Source: Octopus sinensis (taxonomy: Eukaryota). Taken from it: a stretch of 64,000 bases of DNA. Positions 11,701 through 25,391 of this stretch are shown piece by piece. Position 1 is the first letter of the stretch, and the number at the start of each line of letters is the position of its first letter. The stretch spans positions 20,336,001 to 20,400,000 of the forward strand of contig NC_043016.1 of NCBI RefSeq assembly GCF_006345805.1, read 5' to 3'. Made by a program: the position numbers and the translations under genes. The notes beneath the pieces were generated by a model. That model searched no databases. It saw only the letters and a list, made by a program, of their open reading frames with translations, and was not told the origin of the DNA.

Positions 11701-14039
11701 CCCCTCAGTTCATGTGCTATAACTGTAGCAGTCATGTATGCCAGTGAAGTCCTCATTATGTTATTTGATTTCTCCATTAAATATGCTAGCCACAGTGATT
11801 ACTGTAATTTTGAAGTCAGCAAAAAGGCCTCAAAAAAGTATCCTGTTCACCTATCGCACCTGACCTTGGTGTATAATCATAAATAAATATTGCTATTATG
11901 TTGCTCAAGAGTAACCCATGCTTATTTGTCTTATTCCTCATCCCCCATTTCTTCCAAGAAGAAACTATACCTTTGTTCCTTACCCACGGGAAGCATAGGT
12001 AGGCTCCTCTCCATCTTACTTCTTGTATACATCACACATCTAATTGCCTTCATTCCAGCACCTCCACAATCTCACCCAACCTACCTTTCATTGTACGGGG
12101 GTTGATGGTGGCTGCCATAAAGTTGTAGCCCTGAGAGGAAGTGGGATCCAAAAATGGATCCTCTTGTTGGCATCTGCCTTCTGCACCTGAAAGGAAGAAG
12201 AAAGTTTGTGGGATCGCTTGGTGCCGACCAAGAGGTTCTTAGGAATAGTTAGATGCTTCTAATTTTGATTGATTTGCTAATGATTTCCAATGAATAACTA
12301 AACAATCATCACTGTAATTATTAAACATGGTGGGAGTTAGTCTGTATACCTGGTATGTAAGTAACAAACATATTTTACCCCCCCCCCCCAATATGTTCAT
12401 CACTCTTTCTCTCTCTCTTGCTCACTAGCTCCTTGGCCAGTTGAATCTTGACTACTGTACAAAATAGAAGTGCTAGCTTACCTGTCACATACCCACCCTA
12501 CCCACCTCCATCACCAAATACTGGAAATCTATCATCATTCTCTCTCTCTCTCTCTCTCTCGGTAGGTAACAAAGCTTTAAGCTCCCAGCGAAACGTTAAT
12601 GTCTCACTCTGTATTACATACCACAGAACCTCCCAAAACTAGACACCAATATTTAAGCATTATCTAGGCCTAATAAGATTACCTAACTCCCATATCAGAT
12701 AACTGAATTTCAACATTCATCACCAACACCAACAGCAACAACACTACCACCAACAACAACACCAATGATACAACTACTGACATCAACATCAAGGACACTA
12801 ATGACGATAACTGTATGAAAAAGCATTTAAGATAGCATACATGAAAAAGGACTGGGGATTAGGCAAATGAACGCAGATCAGGTAAAAAGACAAACACAAA
12901 GTATGTGTGTGTGAACCTACTGGTTGTCAGCAAGCCACAGCACAAGCTTTCTTATTCCCTACAGTATAGAAGCCAAACAGCTACCAACGAAACTGTATTA
13001 TGTATGGGCAAGTGAGGATTGATGGAATGGTGCAAGATCAATAAATATGGTAGTCATGTGGTGCCAGAACATACCTTAAAAGTAACATGTTCAAGAAAGT
13101 GAATAAAAGTGTGTAGTGACAGGAGAATCAGAAAAGGTGGGTAAAGGTTAAAAGAATGTGGTGGGGAGTGAGAAATATATAGAAATAGGGATACAGATGA
13201 TCAGAGATACATAGGCGGTGAGTGTAGTGAACCATGGTAGGCAGGAGTTGATGATAAATATGAATGAGAGGATAATAAAAATGAGGATTAAATCGGAAGT
13301 GGCTCAAAGATGCAGGAATGATGATTAGCAGTATAGAAAGGATGATACTATGATATATAGTAGCAGGTTCAGTTATCTCAACATCAAAATAATGCAATAA
13401 ATATAAATGTGATGAAAAGGTGTGTAACAGAGAGATGACTGGTGGGTGTTAAAGTTACTTAGAATAATGAGGTGAGTGATGGAGTGTATAAAGGCGATCA
13501 GAGGCATACAAGGGGAAATGTAGTGATTAGAGAACAAAAGTGGTGATCAATGGTAAAAATAAAAGACGATGTCATTAGGAGAAGTGAATTGCAGTACAGA
13601 AAGGATGATGACATATATAATAACAGGTTCTGTTTTTATTAATTGCAGCAATAGAATAATCCAGTAGATAAAAGTTTAATGGATAGGTAAGGGTAGAGGA
13701 ACAGCAGATATAGACTTGACAGGGACATATTGGGTTAGGGACCAAATTGTGTGCATATACGTTATACTTCCAAAAGCTCAGTTGTGCCTAGCTGTGTCTA
13801 ATAGATCAGCAACTTTCCCTTAACCACTCTATCTATAAAACTGTTGTCAACTTAAGCCATAGATAAAAGGCACTACTGAACAGTCTGTATCTATCCATCA
13901 CTTACTTTTGCCTTTATCTCCTTATCTGGAAGTTACCCTGCTTATCTCCTTATCTGGAATTTACAGCAGATGTGAACATCTGCTGTTGCCATAATTCCCT
14001 TTCTAAATCCACCCCAAATTATTCTGCCATTCTGGCTAT

Positions 14040-14437
14040 CAAGACCAAACACCCAGGAAAACTGACAAAAAAGGGTCATCAGGACATTGTTCCAACACAC
14101 AAGTCCTTGCTTTCAATGGCTGTTGTGTGTGGCTGTGGTTTTGGACTGATTGATCACCCTCTCTATTCTCCTGGTTTGGCCCCCACCTGACTATCAACTG
14201 TTCCCCAACATGAAAAAAACCCACTTGACTGGGATGCAGTGCAACAGTGATAATGATGTCATACCTGCTGTTGACGTTTTTTTGCCCAACAGAATGAAAG
14301 TTCCTCTACAAATGAGATCCAAGTATTGAAACACTGATGGGACTATGCAAGAGGGACTATGTTGAAAAATAAGCCTCATTTGGCCACATTTCATGAGAAT
14401 ATCTTGGTCAGCCCATGAACTTTTCAGCTGATCCTCA
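14040..14437 (+). mobile_element. mariner transposon 3' fragment
   Basis: DHPLYSPGLAP.DYQLFPNMKK (YSPDLAP motif); ends in TIR-like aacttttcagctgatcctcata. Confidence 0.8.
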
Positions 14438-14548
14438 TATATTTACACACACATGTCTGTGCATATACACGTGTGTGCGTGTGTGCATGTGTGAGTATAG
14501 ATCTAGATGTTAAAAAATGACAATGGTGATTATACATACATACATATC

Positions 14549-14603
<55 letters not shown>

Positions 14604-15879
14604 CACACACACAAAAGAAATTATGACAAACACAAGTTTTATATCATTAATTTCTATGTACATTTTACAAATGTTGTTGTTTAGATCCACACCATTGGAT
14701 GTTCCAAGTACAGTTGGATGCTTTACTGCAACAGATCATCAGGGGAACATTTTATTGAGATCTAATGTCTGAAGTTGGAGACATGATAAGACATTTTATA
14801 AGTATTTTGAGAAGGAAGTAGGAAATAAACAGCAAAGAGATATGGAGAGGGACAAAAAGAAAAAAAAAAAGAGAAAGGGAGATAGGAAAAAAACAAAAAG
14901 GGAAAATCAGAGAAAACAAAAGGGAAGGAGATAGGGGTGGGAGGAAGGAAGAAGGGATGGAGAATAAGAGTGAGTGAATGAGGAAGGAAGGAAGGAAGGC
15001 TGAAGAGGACAACCATAAAAAAGGATAAAATTTTAAGGCATCTATCCAAACCAATGGTTAGAAACTGGAAAATAAATATAAACTCAGATCAAATACACAA
15101 GAATATAATGGTATGGAGTGGGCTATGTATCACTTTTTATTTAGTAACTGCTACATAGTAGAATAGTAGACAAAGGAACAAATAAACAGTATAGGGGTCA
15201 AAAGATCAATCTCTACATTTCCATAGGACTAAATGTAAAGACATATTTTATTGTATTTCGGGATGGTCTTTTTATTTATTTTAAAAAAAAATTTTATTTT
15301 CCGCCCTTTAAACACACTATATATTCATTCTTCACTTATTTATTATTGTTCTTATTGTAACTCATGTCCATTGTCCGGAAATCTTTTATCACCCATCTGT
15401 GACCTCCTTGGTGAGACTTTCCATCTTTGTGTATGCTCTTACTCTGCTTATTCCATCTTTGGAATAAGAACAGTAGTAAATGAGTGAAGAATGGATATAT
15501 AGTGTGTGTTTATTTGGCAAAAAACCCCCCGACCATCCTGAAATACAACAATATCTGTTTCAACAGACAACTTCACGTCAAGAATTTTGCAACACAAATT
15601 CATAACTGTAAAGACATATTTTGGGGTACACACATGCACTCATATACATATATATACACACACACATGTTCAAGCAGGTGTATGCACGCACACACACTTA
15701 AAATATATACATACACACACATATGCACATACCAATAACTGCAGGAACATCAAGAGTAGCACCATCACCAGCTGAAGTACCACCAGCAGCAGCACTAATG
15801 TCTTTTCCTTGGCAAGAGATATAGCTCATAAAACCACACATCATCATTAAGTTCCCACAGCTGATGCAGTCAACCATTG

Positions 15880-16420
15880 AGGTCCTACTCTAGAAGCTTT
15901 TGCAATCAGCCATTGCCACTGATCTTTGTTCTCTGTCAAGCGTAGCAGGTTCACAGTGTTGTGATTTGTCCATTCCTTGATGTTGTTAAACCAAGATTTT
16001 CTCTGCCTCTCTGCCCTCATTCAACTATGCCCTAAAGAATGGTCTTGTACAGAGAGTTGTGGTGGGATATGTGACTACCATGCAGGCTTTCACCCTTTTT
16101 TCTCCATAAGGAGTGTTTACTGTTGACTTGCTGCCTGATAAACCCATTCATTTTATGCTTTTGTACAAGATGATAAGCAGCCTTCTGAAACATTTGTGCT
16201 CAAATGCCTGAATTCTTTGCTCAATGTTAGCCCTGACACCCATACAGAAGGATTGAAGTCACCATATGTTGTTCAGCTTCATTATGGCAGTAGAAACTAA
16301 AACCACACATCAAGACCTGTAAATAAAACCTTGAAGAATGGTTTTGGACAAGGAGTTGTGGTGGGATACATGACTACCATGCAAGCTTTTATCTTTTTAT
16401 CTGCACAAGAAGTGGTTATT
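15880..16420 (-). mobile_element. RTE-like LINE 3' fragment with partial internal duplication
   Basis: Minus strand RIQAFEHKCFRRLL and HNSLYKTIL; 16030-16120 resembles 16330-16420. Confidence 0.6.
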
Positions 16421-16429
16421 GTTTGTCAA

Positions 16430-16520
16430 AGAATAAGTCCAGGGGTCGTTTTGCTTGACTAAAGGAGGTGCTCCAGCATGGCCACAGCCAAATGACTGAA
16501 ACAAGTAAAAGAATAAGAGA
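16430..16520 (+). mobile_element. SINE 3' end
   Basis: gaataagtccaggggtcg...ggtgctccagcatggccacagccaaatgactgaaacaagtaaaag. Confidence 0.85.
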
Positions 16521-18206
16521 ATATAGTAAATTTAAGGGGACACTACGCTTTATTCTTGGTAAGGATTGAATTAGGATTGTAGAAAATTTTCGTACAACCT
16601 GAGTAACATATTACTTACAACTTTGTTCTCTCATCAACAAATCTGTGTAGATATTGTTGAAAATGTGTTACTTTTTATTTTGAATTAAGAGCACAAAAAA
16701 ATTCACAAATGTTACCTGGAATATGCATTTAAAATCAAACTTAAATTTTGGCAATAGGAATAATTTGATACACATTGGTGTAAAAAGTTTCTCCTAAGAC
16801 TTCAATGTACTCCTGCTTCAGCAAATTGCTACACCAATGCATTTTTGATTTTTAAAAAAATATTTTTTTTTTATTATTTAGAGAGTAGAGAGACCAAAAT
16901 TCTTTCAACTTTGATCTTTAATTAAAAAGTACTTAAATATTCAGTTAATTATTCAGACTATTAAGTTTTATTATTCTTAATTTACTTTATCATCCTAACT
17001 CAGTTTTTTTTTTTTTTTTTTTTTTTGAGAAAGGCAACTCTTTTCAATTAATCTGAACTTGAACTGAAACTTGCTTTCATGATAACATTCCCATTTTTCA
17101 AATTTCCTAACAGGCAAGAAGTCTCACTTAAATCTCAAATATTACTTAAAGTTGTTCAATTGTTTCATAAAATCTCATGAATAATTTTTTTCCTTCTTTT
17201 AAAATAGTTAAGTATTTTCCAATTTATTGAATATCTTTAGGGTAAGGTTCCTTTTAATTAGTAATTATTTGATGAACTTACATTTTCTTTGTAAAAATGT
17301 TCAGTTTTCATTTATTTTTTTTTACAGTACAGAGACTCTTAATTTGATTTTCAATAAGTACTCAAAATGAATTAGATGGTTAAGTCTTGCAAGTTATATT
17401 TTTTGTAATAAGGGGTGAGTTTCCTTTTAATTAATACCTCTTAGAAATAAATAGACTTCAAAAGCTGAGGTTTCTTTGCTGTGTCTTTTTTGCTTTTTGG
17501 CTGAAACTCACTAATTGATAGAATAGAAGGAAACTTCAAAATTTACTCATTAAATGTAATTCAAATTCATCATAGTTTCATTAATAATTTTTCTCATAAT
17601 GTAAATTGTTGTTGCATTATTTTGTAAGTGGAAAAAGGAAATACAGCAAAACAAAATCAACATTGATATGTAAGAAAATTTTGAGTACTGTAATAATTTT
17701 AATATAGTCATGATGTTTTTATAGCAAGACACTCAAGATTGACGGGAGTTTAAAAAATGTTTTGGGTATTTAAATAAGGAAGCATAAAAAAACTGCAAGT
17801 GCTAGGTTTTTCTCTTAGTATAAATTTCTTTCAATATTTTTCATTTACAGTAATTAACAAACCATCGCTATAAGAAAATTATTTTTTTAAAACTCATAAA
17901 ATAATTTTTAAATTGAAGAAAAATTTCAAAATAATTTTTTTTTTTTTTTTTTGAGAATTTTTCTATGACTTGAAACTTAGTTGGTCAAAAAATTCTTGTC
18001 CCCACCCCAATAATTTCGACCATATATGCCCCTGATTGTATGTACTAATTTCAAATATTGCAGATGCTTACTCAATTATCTAATTTTTTTTTCCTTTTCA
18101 GGAAATATTTCATTTTAATTATTTATATTTGAGGCCAATCTCAATTTTTCACAAATTTGAAAAATTATATAAATTTAAAAATTAAAGCCTTTCTACAAAA
18201 ATAAGT

Positions 18207-20112
18207 ATGACAAAAAGAGTTTCACCAAAGTTGGCAGTGTTTGAATATTTTACAATCACAACAGATAGAAAATATTATCATTGCCAGTGTAACGTCAATG
18301 GTGGTGAAAAATTATGTCATTCAAAAATCAGTAGTTTCACTGGTTCCTCAAAGAATGCTTCTACAATAGTTTCAAATTTGAAAAGATACTTGCAATGTTA
18401 TCATCTTAAGGCGTTAGAAGAAGTAAATAGGAAAGATAGAGAAAATATTAATGTAAGCACTCCAGCTATAAAAGATGAGAAATCTTCAAGAAGACAATCC
18501 AAAATATCAGCTGTCTTTACTTCTGATAAAGTTACTGTAACAATGACATCACAGAAGTTTAAGAGCTACACCACTGAAATGGTAGTAAAAGACAGTGTAC
18601 CTATATCATGTTTTTTTTTGTTTTTTGTTTTGCAACCAGCCTTCCAGCCTTTAAATGGAGAAATGGCCAGAAAAGTTAGTGTTTCACTGAAAAGAGAAAG
18701 TATAAAAAGGTTTGTAATCGAAGAGGTCCAATATAAGAAAGAAGAACTTAAAAAAGGTCTAAAGGAACGCTTTGTCTTTATTAAAATGGATGCCCACAGA
18801 ACCAACTATTTTGCCATTAACGTCAGGTTTGTTGATGAGAATGATAAGGTGGTGACACAGACATTGGCAGTAAAGGACACTCAGGCACAACACTATTGCA
18901 TATCTTCAGAAGTTGGTGGAAGAAGTATTTTATTGTAACTGATAATGTTTCAAATATGTTGAGTACAACTGAGAAAATAAATAAAGCTACTGAAGAAGGT
19001 ACAAAAACATGAGATGATAAAGAGAACATTCCTGGAACAGTAGCAGAACTAACAGAAGCACTAGAGGAGAACTCTAGTGCTTCAGAAGAAGTATCCAGAT
19101 TATTTACAATTCAACATATACACTGTGCTGCACATTCACTACAACTAGCAATAAAAGATGGATAGAAAGATTGACATGCAGCTACTCTCATTGGAAAGCG
19201 GAGACAAGTAGCTGTTGCAGCCCAAACACCCAAAACAGATGCCATTCTGAAGAGACGTGCTGGAAAGGGGGCTATTTTAGATCTAGCAACACACTGGGGT
19301 AGCACCTCTTTGATGATCAAACTAAAAACTTTTCTGAAGGATCTAGATAACCAAAATATTTCACTAACTGAAAACTAGTGGACACAAGTAAAAGAACTAG
19401 AAAGTTTGCTTTTTCAGCCTTATATTGGCACCAAGAAGTTGCAGTCTGAGGATTTAACCCCTGGTGGATTCTTGTTGGAGTGGAAAAAGTTGATATTTAG
19501 TCTGTAACAAAAAAGGAGGATTAATTTCTGATGGTATTGTTCTTTCAATGAGAAAAAGAGAATCTCTCTTGCTGGACAATAAAATTTTGTTAGCTGCTAT
19601 TTACATTGATCCGATGAATTGAATTTTAATAAACAATAAGCAAATTGATGAAGGAAAACAGGCACAGAGTGGAATAGCATATCAAATGAAAGGACATGAG
19701 AGGCAACCCAAAACTGAAATTAAAGATGTTCACAGTACCAGTAACTTGAAAGCAACCTATTCAGAATCGAATGAATAATTAGACTTTGAAGCTGTTTTGG
19801 ATGAAATGGAGCATTCAAAAGTGAAGTGACAGCAATTGAATGAAGAAACTACAAAAACACCATTAGAACTTTAAATAAAAAAGAAAGTTTCAGCAAGATA
19901 CTCTTAATGCCTTAAAAGAAGTGGAAAAGTATGATCAGTCATCGAAACTTACTGTAGAAGAAGTCATCCTTCTTTATCCAGATATTATTAGGGATGTAGC
20001 CAGAACTTTAACAGCAATGCTTTCTGCTCTAAAGATAATTAAATCTGATTCAAGGGCTTCTATGAAGGAAGATGTGGTAGAAGCCATTCTGTTTTTAAGA
20101 ACAATGTTTTAG
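18207..20112 (+). pseudogene. hAT transposase pseudogene with BED zinc finger
   Basis: BED-like CQC...C...NLKRYLQCYH; KMDA, VTDNVSNM, HCAAHSLQLAI and ATHWGST motifs; C-terminal RASMKEDVVEAILFLR dimerisation motif; stops and frameshifts present; putative 3' TIR aacttcacaaccctg ends at about 20591. Confidence 0.88.
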
Positions 20113-20735
20113 TTGCTTCATGAAAAACTTTAACACCAATTGAACTTTTTTTTTTTCATTTCTTAGGGTATTCCTGACTATATAATTAATAAAATCTTAC
20201 AGACTTATAGACTTATTATTTTTGTTATGTCTTTAATAACCTGTCAAAGATTATATTTCAACTTGTTAGTAGTTTTATTTTTTGATGTACTTATTTCTTA
20301 TTTCCTAAGATACTCATGTAATAAGCCTTACATTTATAGCCTTTTTATTTCTATTGTCATTTCATCCATATCCTTTCAAAAATTGCCTCTAATTCTGTTA
20401 GAAAATATTGAAAATTGAATAGGTGTGATATAATAAATCACAATATCTTTATTCTTTAGTATAAACCAGTTATAACATATCGGCCTACTCAAAGTACAAG
20501 TGTATGCATATGCTTTATGAGATATGCAGACCACAGTCACTTAATTACATAAAGAGGAGTTAAAGTTTTTTGTTTCAACTTCACAACCCTGATTTAAAAT
20601 AAGGATTTATTCCATCTGTAAACAATGAGCAATTGTCACTATATTTGATATATGAAAAAACATTCTCTGATGACGTAATGAAGCCTCCAAGAATGTGTGT
20701 GTGTATATATATACACCTATACACATGTCCATATA

Positions 20736-21579
20736 CGAGGGACGTTCAATAAGTAATGCCTCTGACCCACTTGCAGTTGTTTGATCTAGCTGAAATTTTG
20801 CATGTGCAATCATTTATATCTCTATAGAGTAAGTGGCAAATTACAGTTCTGAATTAATTGTGGTTTCTGATTTGGAGATGTGCCAAGAAGATGAGTCAAA
20901 ATTTTTCAAAAGACTGATTACACAGGATGAAACCAGGGTCCATCACGATGATCCAGAGACCAAAGCCCAGTCAATGCAGTGGAAGCACCGTGACTCACCC
21001 CCTCCAAAGAATGCAAAGTTGCAGCCCTCCACTGGCAAGGTCATGCTCACAGTCTTCTGGGACCAGGACAGAGTAGTGATGACAGATTTCCTGGCAAAGG
21101 GAACCACAATTGCAGGAGTCTATTATGCTTCCCTTTTGAGGAAATTAAGAGAAGTTATCAAAATCAAGAGGCGGAGCAAGATCAGCAAAGGCATCCTCCT
21201 CCTGCAGGACAACGCTTCGGTCCACAACTCGCTTGTCGCCAGATCAGAAGCACAGGCGTATGGCTATGAACTCCTCCCCCATCCCCCTACTTTCCTGACC
21301 TTGCACCCTCTGATTTTCACCTCTTCCCAGTCATGAAGTTGTTTTTGAAAGGAAAGCGTTTCCCAGATGATGCAGCCTTGATTTCTGAAGTCACGTTCAG
21401 GTTGGAGGACCAAGCTGGGGTCTTCTACAAAAACGGTCTCCAGAGCTGCATCAAACAATGGGAGAAATGCGTAACTCTGGGTGGTTCCTATGTAGAAAAA
21501 GACTAATAACTGTGCCAAGTTCCGTTGCTCTACTGCTATGGGAAGTGGGTCAGGGGCATTACTTATTGAACGCCCCTCG
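20736..21579 (+). mobile_element. Internally deleted mariner element with both TIRs and TA TSD
   Basis: TA|cgagggacgttcaataagtaatgcctctgacccactt ... aagtgggtcaggggcattacttattgaacgcccctcg|TA; ITQDET, LQDNA and SDFHLF catalytic motifs; N-terminal HTH missing. Confidence 0.95.
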
Positions 21580-21619
21580 TACATACAAATGGTGATTGCC
21601 ACTTCTTAAAAGAAGAAGG

Positions 21620-22220
21620 CCATTTCTTCAATTAGGAAATGTCATGAGGTCTCATTTGACTTGCAAGTCTAGCTTTGGACAAACAGACCTTGTTGCAGAT
21701 ACTATAAACATTTCCAGGCAGAAAAGTGTCTGAGATTGGAGTCAAGTCCAGTTTACAAAGTGCTCACTTCAAGATGAATTGTTTGAGTCACCATGTTTCA
21801 AATGTTTTGCAACCATTGTAGATAACTTCTTTCCAAACCAATTGATTTTCTAGCATCTGCTCCCCAGTTTAATATTCACACTAAGAGCCTTAAGGTTGCT
21901 TTCGATGGCATTTCTAAAATGCTTTTTACATTTATGTCTCAGATGTTTATTACTACACAAATCTCCATAAACAACTGCTTTGGTAACCTGTCACCTAGCA
22001 TCCTATGAAGAGCACTTCAATATTGAATATACTGGCTTGCTGAAGAACAATGGTGTCTGGTATTAGAGGTTGTCATTTGATGCTTAAGATCCTCCTAAGG
22101 CAAGTTTGATGGAATCTTTTCAAAGCCTTGATGTGACAACAACATGTAGTCCAAGTCTTAGAAGAGTATTAAAGAGCAGTTAAGATGCATAATTCATAGA
22201 TGCTGAGCTTGGTTTTCATT
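21620..22220 (-). mobile_element. RTE-like LINE fragment
   Basis: Minus strand FHQTCLRRILSIK near 22080-22115. Confidence 0.6.
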
Positions 22221-22488
22221 CAAGTTTTACACATGCCTAACTTAGGGTCCATTCAGTGTCAAGGGCCCAAAAAAGTTTCATCTTCTTACCTAATTCAAGC
22301 CTGGAGCAATCTCTTATCTCTTACACTATTTCAGTATTACGTGTCATAGTGAAACAATAACATCTCTAATGTAATGTGAGTTAATACTTTCACTATTAAT
22401 ACTGAAACTATTATCTCACATGTATATATGCACACGCACATGCACACACACAATATATATTATGTATATATATATATTTAGTATATAC

Positions 22489-22521
<33 letters not shown>

Positions 22522-22578
22522 ATATTATATATATATATATATATGAGGGCATAAATTAGGTCATGCTAGAAAGAAGAG

Positions 22579-23327
22579 AATAATGGAATTTTTTAGAAAT
22601 TTGTTGGCTTTTTTCGAGTAGCGTGCGTATTGTGAAAAAATGATATGGTTAATGGACAATATGTCCAATTTTTTGGCATATTTGGCATTAGAAATCTTTT
22701 CCTTTCCTCATTTATGAATTGTTTATAAATTTAACCGTTAAAGGTATTTTTAATATGCTGGCCATTGATAAAATTTTTTTCGAGAAATATATTTTTTTCA
22801 AAAAGAATTTTATCCTCACATTTGATATAAATTTAAGCGTTCACTTCCGAACTAACTAATTCACTCTGTGAGAGCCTCAGTTCAAATCGCACGTGCCTCG
22901 AATGGCTGGGGTATTTCTATTTTGGATGTATTGGGGGGTACTTAGTTGTGCCCATAATAGTATTTGCTTCTTCCATGGGTGCGAGTAAGTATCTCATTTA
23001 TTTCTTTTGCCACATGTATCACTGAAGAAGAGAGGGCTCTTAGTAGCTAACTCTGAAATCGGTCCGATATGGTAATAATGGAATTTTTTAGAAATTTCTG
23101 TCGGCCTTTTTTCGAGTAGCGTGCGTATTGTGAAAAAATTATATGGTTAATGACAATATGTCCAATTTTTCGGCATATTTGGCATTAGAAATCTTTTCCT
23201 TTGCCTCATTTATGAATTGTTTATAAATTTAACCGTTAAAGGTATTTTTAATAGGCTGCTGGCCATGATAAAATTTTTTTTGAGAATTATTTTTTTTCGA
23301 AAAGAATTTTATCCTCACATTTGATAT
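22579..23327 (+). mobile_element. Candidate non-LTR retrozyme: 1.5 tandem copies of a 495-bp ORF-less unit with one HHR
   Basis: 22579-22828 recurs at 23074-23327; HHR sits at the unit junction; (TA)n on both flanks. Confidence 0.7.
23010..23073 (+). ncRNA. Type-I minimal hammerhead ribozyme
   Basis: tatca CTGAAGA AGAG..CTCT GAAA TCGG TC^ cgata; core intact; predicted cut after C23064. Confidence 0.8.
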
Positions 23328-23373
23328 ATATATATATAGATAAATATATATATATATAATATTTATGTATATA

Positions 23374-25391
23374 CTAGCTGGTGTACTGGTAATTCCCGGG
23401 GGGAAGGGGTAAAGATGTCTTATTGAAATGCCTTATTACTCTGATATAAGAAAGCAATTTCATTATAACTGCCACAAAATGTGTATTCTCCGTTGCGAAA
23501 AAGTACAAAAAACTGTCAGCTGGAGGAGGGAGAGATTGTTGGAGATTGGCAAGAAAGTACGCTGACTCGTCCTAGCATTTTAAAGGTGAACTTTATGAAG
23601 GCTAATTTATTACAGGTAATATATAAATGTAGTAGATATGTATATAAGTATATGAATGAAGTGTTTAATGTTTAAGAATGAAATGAAGAAAATGCAATAA
23701 TAACATTCACACTCACTGATGGTAGCCCTCAGTAACTGCCTTTAGCTTACAGAGTTCTTGTTTTTATAACTATCGAAAAGCAGCCAGAAAGATAGATATA
23801 TTGTTGAGAACAAATGATTTTGTTGAAGGTCTGTTATCTCCATTCCAGCTCCTAGTGGCCTGGAAGAGGTTAGAAGGGTCAAGTGGCAAAGACATTATTC
23901 TCCTTAGTGAAGGCATCTCAGAAATGTATAACTGCTGTCATTCACAGAAAAACTATTGTTTTACTGTGAGATAAGTTCTGTTGAGATGTTAAGTGAAATT
24001 TGGCAACAGAGGATCAAATCCACGCTATGCCTGCAGGAAGCCACTACAAATATGTTGTGGAATAAAAAATTGATCTACTATGGAAAAAGTGTAACTGTAA
24101 AAAGACAGATTTATTAGAGTAATAGGCATTCAAAAAAGTATGTATGCATAAAAATGTATGAATGAAGCCTTCAAGGTTTAAGATTCAAATCAAGGAAGTG
24201 CAATAATAATGTTTAGCAGTTCCAGCTGATCATGAGAATCAAAAAGTGATCACTTCGCTAAAAATTGCAGGTGGTATGGATTATTCCCTTGGGTTGCTTA
24301 AATAAAATATTAGTAATATGTAGTAGATAGAAGGATCCATTGGAGGGCCCATTTATCGACTTTTTTCAACAATCTAAGTATGTCACAAGGTTTCCAGACT
24401 TGAGTTCTACTTACGTGTCAAATAAAGTATAAAAGTGATATTGTCTGCAAAAATTAGAAATTGGACACACAAAAAATCATTATTCAAAGTAACTGAACAT
24501 AAACAATGAAACCTGTAAAATATTTCTAAATTCGATGGCTCAATCAGTTTTATGAAAATGTATAAACTATAAATAACCAATAAATATTATGATTTGTAAA
24601 ATAAGTATAAGTGATACAGGGTGTCCCAACTGAACGTTGTGTGGAAGTTTGGTTTCATTTTTTAAGAATTTTAAGCATTCAAAATATGTGTTCATTGTAT
24701 TGGGACACACTTATTAAATACATTCCAGAATCAAAAATTTCTGCAGTATTATCGAAAAATTTTAACTGGTAAAATGCAGAATTATCGGAGTTATGCGCAC
24801 TGAAAGTGTACATGCATCAAGAAAGTGGAATAATAAGGTTTAGCAGTTCAAAACTGTGAGTAGTGAGATGCAGGATAAGGTCTGCTGAATCTGGAATCAA
24901 AAATCTATGTACTGTCATTGGAAACATTTAACTAGGAAAATGCAGAATTATCAGAGTTATGGGCATTGAAAGTGTACAATCATCAAAAAAATGCAATAAT
25001 AAGGATTAGGAGTTGAAAACTGTGAGTAGTGAAATGCAGAATTAGGCTGGCTGATTGTGAGAAACAAATATAGATTGCTTTGCTAAAAACTAACAACTGC
25101 AAATGCAGATGCTATGGGTTATTTCCCTTGAGTGTTTAAAAAATATATTGTGCAGGTGCTATGGGTTATTTCTCTTGGGTGTTTAAAAAAGAGTAGTTAT
25201 ATGAGATAGATATAAAAATCCCTTCCAGGGGCTGTATTATCGATTTTTTTCAACAATCAAATTATGTCACAAGGTTTCCAGACATGAGTTCTACTCACAT
25301 GTCAAATTTCATCAAAATCAATAAAACGATGTAGGAGTTAGCTAAAAACACCACAAACAAACACACGATGATTTTCCACACATATAGTAGA
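23374..25391 (-). mobile_element. Non-autonomous Helitron-like element
   Basis: Minus strand starts A|TCtactatatg at 25391 and ends ccgggaattaccagtacaccagCTAG|T at 23374; internal repeats 24290-24420 vs 25170-25300 and tandem units of about 170 bp at 24720-25060. Confidence 0.7.
24617..24711. mobile_element. Tc1-type MITE nested in the Helitron
   Basis: TA|cagggtgtcccaa ... ttgggacacact|TA. Confidence 0.65.

Noticed and set aside
14752-15054. Hydrophobic ORFs resembling membrane proteins (also 44669, 13128, 991)
   Set aside because: Antisense translations of purine-rich low-complexity DNA
16533-16550. ttaaggggacac as a Kolobok-like terminus
   Set aside because: No matching inverted terminus found
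20833-21336. SETMAR-like host gene
   Set aside because: Flanked by TIRs and TA TSD, internally deleted and frameshifted, no SET domain
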